NCBI RefSeq assembly: GCF_004010195.1 | Contig: NC_057717.1 | Span: 73,664,399-73,728,398, forward strand | DNA length: 64,000 nt | From: Chiloscyllium plagiosum | Taxonomy: Eukaryota | Direction: 5' to 3' | Shown: positions 12,922-22,893 of the stretch, piece by piece | How positions within the stretch are numbered: the first letter of the stretch is position 1 | Layout of the letters: the number at the start of each line of letters is the position of its first letter | Notes under the pieces: generated by a model | Databases searched by the model: none | The model's input: only the letters and a program-made list of their open reading frames with translations | What the model was told of the DNA's origin: nothing | Made by a program: the position numbers and the translations under genes

Positions 12922-13678
12922 CTGATCTCTATTAGACAGAGACATCTGTTGATAGATTACCCGGAGGATCAATGCCTCAATTCAGGAGAAAGTTTCAGAA
13001 GGAGAATTCTTCAATTGAAGCTCAGGCAGTGTGGGAAGCAAATGCAACTGCTTTCGTTTCTCTGTATTGGAAAACGGTCGTCTGGACATTAACCTAAATG
13101 AGATCAATTGAATTCTAATGGAGTTCAGTGATGCAATATCGAGAGATCTATACATGCTTTTGATTGGGTTACTAATGGATAATATGCTAACTTTAACTCT
13201 TTTGTCAAACCGTTTCTTTGGTCCGAATTCTGGGAATGCAAGCTTGTCCAATTACAGTATAATGGACGTATCTTCCTTTGAGTTAGGAAGAGTGAAGTTA
13301 GACCTTATTGAAATAATGCTGAAGAAGCCAACCAGTTTCCATGCTCGGAGAAAGTTTTGCCTAGGTGCAGAAGTTAGGTCGAAGGTTGAAATTCTCAGAA
13401 AAATGAGACATCTATTTAAGATTTAGGTTCGGATATATTTTTTCATTCAGTCTTTTATGGAGTTATGGAATTCATTACATAAGAGGCTAGGACTTAGTCA
13501 TTCTTTATATTCTCTGACAAGTTTCTTATATTTCTCTGCACAAAGTGATTCATTAGAATTTTGACAGTGCTTAAAGATATACTTTTGTTCAAGTGATCTT
13601 ATTAAGTGACAAAATGTCATAGAATCACTGTAGTGTGGAAGCAGGCCAATCAGTCTATCAAGTCAACACTGCGATTGT

Positions 13679-13952
13679 GGGCGGCACGGTGGCACAGTGG
13701 TTAGCACTGCTGCCTCACAGCGCTAGAGACCCGGGTTCAATTCCCGCCTCAGGCGATTGACTGTGTGGAGTTTGCACATTCTCCCCGTGTCTGTGTGGGT
13801 TTCCTCCGGGTGCTCCGGTTTCCTCCCACAGTCACAAAGATGTGCAGGTTAGGTGAATTGGTAAATGTAGGGGTATGGGTGGGTTGCGCTTCGGCGGGTT
13901 GGTGTGGACTTGTTGGGCCGAAGGCCCTGTTTCCACACTGTAATGTAATGTA
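13679..13952 (+). mobile_element. HE1-type tRNA-derived SINE, well preserved
   Basis: Full A/B-box head, core and tail; very similar to 636-950. Confidence 0.9.
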
Positions 13953-14239
13953 CAAACATGAAAAAAGAGGGAAAGAAAACCTACAATTGGCAGCCAATCA
14001 GTTGAAAAAAACAGAATGACAGGACCCATTCTGGTCAGTAAGAATGTGGTGAGGAGCAAGTCTTAATCAGCACAGATGTTGTTTTCTCACACAGTTGTGC
14101 ATGAGTAGACCACGTTTTATCCATGCAAAATTTTGTCAATGAGTAGGATGTCAGGCTTTGCTTCTGATCACAGCCTAATTTGTAGGTAATTGATTTGTAA
14201 AGAAAGGAGATGGTGTTTCATTTAATCACTCTCGACATT

Positions 14240-14760
14240 CAAGATTATCTTTCTCACACACAGCCACACTATATTCCGCCATACCTCACCTTCTCACAAT
14301 CCCTGCAAACAACTGTATGCATACACAGACTCCCTTTCTCTCCCATACTCTCGCAAACACTCTCTCAGTCGTTCTTCCACAGAAACGGCGTCTTACCTTT
14401 GCACTTACTCCCACTCGCACTTCCATTCATGCATATACATGCATTTATTCTGTATCACCCACACATCTTAACACGAGGTCATCCCGTCTCACAATCCTAT
14501 GCAAACATGTTCTCAAGATGTTACACACACAAAAAACGCAGACACGGATACAGATGCATGCACACACGAACACACATGTACACAGGCATTTAATCACAAT
14601 CACGTTATTATGTAAGTACACAACCACACTGGCGAGTAGGTTCTGTGCCACACAAATGCCAGACTGTGAACGAGAGAAAATCTAAACTCCACCCCTTGTG
14701 TCACTATCACAAAACCACCCACTACTAATACACAGAGGTTTATCATTGACAAGAAACACA
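14240..14760. repeat. Decayed CA/CT-rich low-complexity region
   Basis: Scattered CACA/CTCT runs producing H/T-rich and C/V-rich spurious ORFs. Confidence 0.6.
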
Positions 14761-14799
14761 ATTGAATTCACCACATTAAATTAATATGTACAAAAGTAG

Positions 14800-15375
14800 G
14801 TCATAATCTCAGAATACGTCGGCAAATGACTCACCTCCTGATGCCTCAAAGCTTGTTCACCATCGACCTGGCACAATTCAGTAGTGTGATGGAATACTCC
14901 CCACTTGTTTGAATGAAGGCAGCCTCAACAATGCTCAAGAAGAGTGACACCATCCAGGTCATAGCAGCCTGCGTGACTGGCGCTACATCCACAAGCAACC
15001 ACTTCTTCCACCATTAGCAGCAGTGTGTACTATCTACAAGATACACTGCAGAAATTCACCAAAGATCCGCAGACATCACCTTCCTAACTCATGACGATTT
15101 CAATCTAGAGGGGCAAGGGCAGCAGACATATGGGAAGACCACCATCTTCAAGATCCCCTCCAAGTCACTGACCATCTTGACTTAGAAATATATCGCGCTC
15201 CTTCATTGTTGCTTGTTCAAAATCCTGGAATTTCCTCCCTAATGACATTGTAGGTCAACCCACAACAAGTAGACTGCAGCGGTTCCAGAAGGCAGCTCAC
15301 CACCAACTTCTCAACGGTAACTAGGAATAGACAATAAATTCTGGCTAACCAGTGACTCCAACATTCCACGAAATA
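14800..15375 (+). mobile_element. Non-LTR LINE (L2/CR1 group) 3' end
   Basis: gtgtgatggaatactccccact (VMEYSP) followed by a conserved 3' region (aaatcctggaatt..., aataaattctggc) also seen near 9780-9900. Confidence 0.65.
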
Positions 15376-15679
15376 CATTTAAAAACGCTGCTACACACTG
15401 TTGTCTCTCTGTCATTATTTCACAGAAAGACGGTCTCTCTCAGTTCATCACATTATACAAAGCTCACTGCTATTCACATTACACACTGACACACACACAC
15501 CTTGCTAAATTCAAACCTTGTGACTCCTACTCTATCATGCTGAATCCAAGTTCTTGTCCAATAAACAACTTATGGTCCCTGCTTTCACTGTTTCCCAGAT
15601 ATCAGCATCATGTCTCTGGTTTGGAAAATTGTACGTCACTTCGAATTTAGTGAATAAAAAGAAATAAAATTATAGAACA

Positions 15680-17470
15680 TTTAGCTTAAACTCTGTGGTT
15701 AGGAAGGTGGTTGAGACTGTAACAAGAATGGAGTGTTGGAACAACTCTAAATTGTTTAGTTAATCAGGGAGAACCAGAATGCATTCATGACAGTGGTGCA
15801 ATGCCTGACAAACCACACTGGACGTTTTAAACTGCTGATTAATGCATTGGATAGTGGAATATCTATGGATTCTTCATAGATTTCCAAAAGACATTTAATA
15901 ATGTTCCATATATGGAACTCCAAATTTAGAAGCCCATGGATGTGAGGGCAAATTACTGGCATGACTATGAAGTTTTTTGGGTGGTAGGCAGCAGAGAGTA
16001 GAGATAATGGTGTTGGGGGTTGTGGACTGCAGAATGTAGTCAAATTGGCAGTAAACAGTGGTGCCTCACAGGATCTGTGCTAGATCAGCAATTATTCATG
16101 TTATTTATTGACATCTTGGATAATGTCACTGAAAGCCATAACTCCAAACTTGCTAATGTTGTTGCATCGTAGACAGTGTAAATAATAACTTCGAATTACA
16201 AAGGGATATTGATAGACTAAATGAGTATGCAACTCTCTGTCAGATGGAGTTCACTGGAAGCAAATGTGTTTGGTACTTTGGATGGAATGAAGAATAGATC
16301 ATTTCCCTTTCGAAACCCTAGGTAGAACCCACTTGGAACACTGTGACCAGATTTGTGCAAGGTTTGTGAAGGTTTGTAGCTCAGGTTGAGGTTTAGGGTA
16401 TAGGTTTGCTCGCTGAGCTGTAGGTATGATATCCAGACGTTTCATTACCTGGCTAGGTAACATCAACCTGGCTAGGTAACATCATCGGTGGCGACCTCCA
16501 AGTGAAGCGAAGCTGTTGTCTCCTGCTTTCGATGTATATCTTTCTCCTGGATGGGGTTCCTGGGGTTTGTGGTGATGTCATTTACTGTTCATTTTCTGAG
16601 GGGTTGATAGATGGCATCTAGATCTATGTGTTTGTTTATGGCGTTGTGGTTGGAGTGTCAGGCCTCTAGGAATTCTCTGGCATGTCTTTGCTGAGCCTGT
16701 CCCAGGATAGATGTGTTGTCCCAGTCGAAATGGTGTTTTTTTTTCATCCGTGTGTAGGGCTACGAGGGAGAGAGGGTCGTGTCTTTTTGTGGCTAGCTGG
16801 TGTTCGTGTATCCTAATGGCTAACTTTCTTCCTCTTTGTCCTACGTAGTGTTTGTGGCAGTCCTTGCATGGAATTTTGTAGATGACGTTGGTTTTGCCCA
16901 TGGGTAGTACTGGGTCTTTTAAGTTTTTGTTTGAGAGTGTTGGTGGGTTTGTGTGCTACTAGGATTCCGAAGAGTCTTAGTAGTCTGTGACCAGATATGG
17001 GCACCACATTTTAGGAAAGATATATTGGCTTTGAAGAGAGTACAAAGTCCTAAGAAAGATATCCAGAGACTTCACGAATTCATTTATGAGAAGAGACGAG
17101 ACAAATTAGGCCTGTTTTCTCTAAAGTTTAGCAAGTTATCATAGACTTGTTCAAGTTACTAAGAGGAAAAGGCAGAGTAGATAAAAGCAAACCATTTTCA
17201 AAATTTGCACTTTCCAAAGCTAGGTGAATAGACTGCGAATTAATGCCAGACCATTCAAGAAAGAGATGAGGAAGCACTTGTACACAAATGAGTTAAGGAT
17301 GACTGGGACTCTCTTCCACGGACAGCAGAAATCAGTGGTTAATTTTTAATTTTGAGATTTGTTTTCTTTGTTAAACAAACGTTTTGAGGGATAAAGCCAG
17401 CAAAATGGAGATAGGCCACAGAGCATGAATGACAGAACAAGCTCGAGAGGCTGAATTGGCTAATCCTTTT
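15680..17470 (+). mobile_element. Old CR1 LINE fragment interrupted by a Penelope-like insertion
   Basis: RT remnants. RTHLEHCDQI before the insertion continues as WAPHFRKDILAL after it. Confidence 0.7.
16360..16984 (-). mobile_element. Penelope-like element, 5' truncated, with GIY-YIG endonuclease
   Basis: ORF 16578-16901 NVIYKIPCKDCHKHYVGQ.GRKL..RIHEH. Flanked by 19-bp direct repeats at 16341-16359 and 16985-17003 (2 mismatches). Confidence 0.88.
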
Positions 17471-17869
17471 CTTTCCTTCCCATGTTCTTATGAATTTAAA
17501 CGCATCTTCTGCATTCTTCTCAAACACTTCCTCCCTTGACCTGTCAATACCTAACGAACAAACCATCCCTTGTTTCTGCACTCAATCCACACACACACAC
17601 ATATACATTGACATACTGATTCAACCCTGGTGGATGCTCCAAAACCCACATTCTTCAAGAAGAATTCAGGATTTTTCGTATGCACCTTTTTGTTTGTAAC
17701 TTCGAAGGCTCTGCTGTAGCGTCTATAACATATGTCGCTCGTTCCAATCTCTTGTTCCATATCTGACATCTCTCTTATCTTTATCGACACCCATTTGAAT
17801 GTTTGTCGATACATTTGTCACTGGTAGCCATTAAAAATAAACCTAATCTCAAAGTTACAAAGAGCAAAG

Positions 17870-19640
17870 GAGAAAGAACACCACTATTAGGAACAGGCTC
17901 TTCGGCCCTCCAAGCTTGCACCAACACGTCTTGCTAATACATAATGAAACTGTTTCACTTACAGGATCCATACCCCTCTATTCCATTCTTGTCAATATAT
18001 TCATCGAGGTGTTTCTTAAATACTGCCATTGTGTCTGTTTCCAAAACAAAATCTCTGGAAGTGCATTCCAGATACTCAACCGTTTGTACGAGAAAATTGC
18101 CTTGCACATCTGTGGTAAACCGCCTTCCTCCCCTGCCAGCACTTTACACCCCAGCTCGCACCATGTCACTGTGTCCCCAAGTAGTTGGTCCTTCCACTCT
18201 GGGAAGAAAGCCTCTTACTTTCCACACAATCCATGCCTTTCATAATGTAACAAAATTCTATACCAAACTTCCTTCATAGCTAAAGTCACCCCATACCAGG
18301 CTGCAACCTGGTAAAACTTTATCCGCTCCAAAGCATCCACATCCTGTTTGTAGTCTCGTGTCCAGAACTCCACGAATATTCCAAGTGTCGTCTATCTAAA
18401 GTTCTATAAAGCTGCAGCATAATTTGTTTATCCTTATACTCAATATCTCTTCCATTGAAGGCAAGAATGCCATGGGCCTATTTCAGAAACTCTGCTGTCA
18501 AATTCAGTGATATGTGAATCGGCACACCCAGATTTCTCTACATATCGTTACTCCTCAGTGTTCTGCCATTCATTGTATGATTTCCACATATAACTGAACT
18601 TTCGGATCCTTTTTCGGATTTTGTCGTCTGATAATTTCAGTTCATGCCTCCAACTAATCTGTGTCCTGCTGCATACTTTGACAATCGTCCTCCCTACACC
18701 ACCAGTCTGTATATCATCCACAAACTTACTAATTAGATCATCTAAGATTTTCTCGAAATCGTTTATGTCGATCACAAAGAGCAGGGTTACCACTACTCAT
18801 GCCTGCGGAACATTGTACTTCACAATCCTCCATACAATCACTACCCTCTGTACTTTCTGACTAATCCAGTTTTGCATCCATTTTGCCAGCACACCCCAAT
18901 ACCATGTGACTTCATCTTTTCTACTACTATGCTATGACAACAGCAATCACTTTTACCTCATTAATCATCTTTGCAACCTCCTGAAATATCTCAATTAAGT
19001 TACTGAGGCACGACCTCCCCTGCACAAAACCGTGCTGTCCAATGCTAATTAGTCCATTTGCTTTTGAAGCAATTTATCAACAACAGCGAGATACTCACAG
19101 GCCTGTAATTTTTAATATTATCCTTGTTTCGCTTCTTAACCAATGGAACAGTATTATCTAATCTCCAGTCCTCTGATATCACACCATAGACAAAGATGAC
19201 ACAAACGTGTCTGTCAGTGCTACAGCAATTTGTTCTCTTGCCTCCCTTAATATTCTGGGGTAGATCCCACCAGGTTCCAGGAACTTATCTGCCTTAATAT
19301 TTCTTTAAAGAAGTTCAACATCTCTTCCCGTTTAATAGGAAAGCTGCTTAGAAACTGAACACCCCCTTCCCTCTGATCACCCTCCACCAATTCAACCATC
19401 ACAAAGTGTTGATTTAGGTCCTCAACTATCTCTTGGGACTCTACGCATAGATACACTACTTTTCTCTGTTGTGGACCAGCCCTTTCCATGGCTACTCTCT
19501 TATCATTTATATATGTTAAAAAAAGCCCTGGGATTCTTCATAATCCTGCTTACCAACGACTTTTGATGATCTATTTCAGCCATTCTAATTCGTTATTTAA
19601 TTTCTTTCATACTTTCCTAATATTCTTCATCAGTTCTTTG
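17870..19640 (-). mobile_element. CR1 LINE fragments, decayed
   Basis: Minus ORFs LLFVIDINDF..LISKFVDD, IWNALP and LCVESQEI. Confidence 0.75.
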
Positions 19641-20449
19641 TCTTAAGTTCAATCAGGATCGTATTATCGACATTTATAAGATGATGAACAGTAACAGAAT
19701 TTCCATTACCATTTTGTCCCTGGATAACTGAATGATTTGTTGTGGGATTACACATACTAATATAAGTGTTCCATATTTTTTGTTTATGTGAGCCTTTGAG
19801 AATTAACCTGGAAATTCTTAAACTATGTGCCTAATTACCTGTTCATATCGAATTTGGCAAATTGATGAAGTGAATGTTCTGATTTTCATGAGCATTAAGA
19901 TTGATTTGATCAATGAAGTGTGTCTTTATGCCTTATATTTATTATTGTGCACAATTCGACCATAATCTGTAATGTTGATCATCACTATCATATTTGGCAT
20001 GTTAAGTTAACATTTTTTCAATGTAAAATCCATTTTCAATATAATATATATTTAAGGTGTTTCTTTTGCTTTTATGTGATAGTTACATACTAATACCCAA
20101 TCAATTGTTAGTTGGCATTCTTTTTAGGATGGAAAATCCATTTTAACTCTTAATTGTAATTTTATTCACTTCTGCATTGGCTGATATTCATTGAAAATGT
20201 CTTGTAAACATATCAATCGAAATATAGTAATTAATTGTAACACATATGCGCTGTGTATTAATTATTCAATCACAATTAGCTAAGAATCAAATATGCAATA
20301 TTTGTAAATACATTCTCAATGTAGGTATATTGAATATACATGTTGTGTGTGTTTATGATATTGTTAGAGGTACTTACACAGTTTGATATGGATAAGACTT
20401 TTTCACAACATATTTGCGAAAAGGGAGGAAAATGTAGGGTATAAATTTG

Positions 20450-21370
20450 GAAAGTACTGTAAGTTTGCAAATGGCACCAAAGTTGGTGGTATAATGGACC
20501 ATGAAGAAGGTTATCAGAGAATACAGCTATATCACGATTACCTGGACCAGTTGGCTAAGGAATTGCAGATGAAGTTTAATTTGGATAAATGTGATATGCT
20601 GTATTTTGGAAGATCAAGCCAAGGCAAGACTTACAAAGTCAATGGTAAAGCCCTGGGAAGTGTTATAGAACAACCGATCGAGGGGTACAGATTCAGTTAC
20701 TTCAACGTGGAGTTACAGTTAGACAGGGTGTTGAATAAACCTTTCAGTACATTTGATTTCACTGGTTAGACATTGAGAAGAGAATTGGGACATTTTATTG
20801 AAACTGCATATAGCATAAAGAAGGGTACATTTGGATACCAGCATGCAGTTCTGATTTCCCTACTAATGAAATGTCATTATTAATCAAGAAGCATTGCAGA
20901 GAAGATTTACTAGGATGTTGTAGGCATGGAAGCATTGAGTTATAATGAGAGACTGAATAGGTTGGGAGCTTTTTTGTGAGCACAGGGTTGACCTCATAGA
21001 GGTCTATAAAATCATAAGAAACCAAGCTAAGGTGGATAGCCAACAGCTTTTATTCATAGTCATGGAGTCTAAAACTGACCGATGTAGGTTGAACGTGAGA
21101 AGTGAGAGATATGAAAGGGTCCAGGGTGGGCATTTCTTTTGACTCAGAGGACGGTGAGTGTCTGGAACAAGCTGCCAGAAGTAGTGGTGGAGGCAAGTAG
21201 AATTTCATCATTTAACAAACATTTGGGCAGGTACATAGATGGGATTGAGTGGAGGAAGATGCATCAAATGCAGACAAATGGGACTAGTTCAACAGTGAAA
21301 AATCGGTAGCATGGACAAGCTGAGCCGCAAGGCCTGCTTCTATACCAGAAATATTTATGACTCTATGACT
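20450..21370 (+). mobile_element. CR1 LINE 3' half, decayed
   Basis: KFANGTKVGG...MKFNLDKC in ORF 20383-20769; tatgactctatgact tail near 21360. Confidence 0.8.
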
Positions 21371-22519
21371 GTAATTCATGCACCGGGTACAAATGTGTGC
21401 TTCTCGGGTAAACGTGCAATTAATAATTGCTTTCTGCTATTTGTGTTGCCAGAATAGCCGAGGTAGTAATCAATGGTAACTAATTATCAATTAGAATGAA
21501 TAATTAATCGGAAAAGCATGCTCCTGCATTCACTTTTAATTGTAAGATAGTTGTCAGTAGGACTTTCCTTTACAAAGAGAGCTTTTATTGAAATAAAGCA
21601 GAAAACAATAAACCAATAAATTTATGACTGTATCAATTATCAAGACTTTGATAATGATTCATTAATTTGTAGCCAATAGTCTCTCATAAACATAGTCAAT
21701 GGAACGATCAATTGATTTTATTAAACATGGAATGAACACTTCACTAATTATCTGTTATTTCATTTGTGTGCGCTGCGTTTGTCACAGTCTAATGTAACAA
21801 GTAATTCTAATGTTCTGGTGTATAATGCATTATTGCCTTCATTTTGTACAGTAACCAACAGTAAATTTATTTCCTGTGTAAAAACTACAAACATTCTTGT
21901 ACACACTGCTCTTATCATCGTAAACAATCAAGCAACTCATTTTTACTCCAAATTGCAAATTATTGACTGTTTCTAATGTTGTGTATCGTAAGACTGTCAG
22001 CAAAAATCGAGTATTGCCGTCCAACTATAAATCAATTTTGAAATCAGTTGCATTTGTATAAATGCTTAACAATAGCAAGAAGGAAACTACTATACTAAGT
22101 TAAAGCAGATATCTATTTATGCAGCAAAAATGTTTCAGTAACTTACAAACATGGAGATAAAATTTTAAATATCGTCACTGACCGAACATAACGCAAAGGA
22201 TAACGATTGAAACTAAAACAACATCAAACAAACAAGAACATACCAATAATCTGAGTTTTTCTTACAATGATGTGAGTGGAGAATTGTTATCCAAGAAAAA
22301 TAGGCAGATACCCAACACCTTTTGATAAGGTCAGGCTGGTGATACTTACTAAGCCTTAACGTGCAAGCATATGTATGGGTTTCCCAGCTGAGTTGAAAAA
22401 CTACCCTTACATGTGTACATGAACATGTATGCAATTTCCGACACAGACACGAACATTTACTTGGTGATTTGTGGAATAGCTACACTCTTTTGGCCGTGAA
22501 AATAAGCCGGTGTCCAACG

Positions 22520-22844
22520 AGGGACAGTTGACAATTGCTGAGGAACAAGAGCAGACACAAGAGGAATGGACCAGGAAGTATGTTCGTTTAGAGTGATTAT
22601 ATGTTGAAATAGAACAAAAATGGAAACTACATGTTGATTGATTGATATTTGCAAATACATGTGGGTGGACACTTAACGTGTAAACAGGAAACCCACAGAT
22701 TAAACCAACAATTCTGTAGTTTCCATCTGACTATTTTTAATTGCAGCACAAAATTTCCACAGCTGTAGTTGACTTTCTGAAACCTCAAGGTTTAGCTTCA
22801 CAAGTAACTTAAGTTAGTATAAGTCTCACAGTGAAACTTCGCTC
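22520..22844 (+). promoter_or_regulatory. Putative promoter of the IgSF receptor gene
   Basis: ETS core CAGGAAGT 22572-22579, CAGGAAA 22685, octamer-like palindrome ATTTGCAAAT 22647-22656, E-boxes CATCTG 22724 and CAGCTG 22760. Short motifs; support is mainly positional. Confidence 0.35.
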
Positions 22845-22893
22845 ATGGCAATGAATATCGTACCTCTGTGTACTCTTGTCAATCTTTTGTCAG
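22845..22893 (+). CDS. Exon 1: signal peptide (leader)
   Basis: ATG at 22845 encodes MAMNIVPLCTLVNLLS then G|gttcgt, a phase-1 donor. Read-through hits TGA at 22917. Size and phase match Ig/TCR leader exons, though the donor is non-optimal. Confidence 0.7.

Noticed and set aside
22827-22833. Perfect RSS heptamer CACAGTG just upstream of the receptor ATG (also CACTGTC near 23804)
   Set aside because: No nonamer at 12- or 23-nt spacing and the wrong position relative to the V exon; likely chance.
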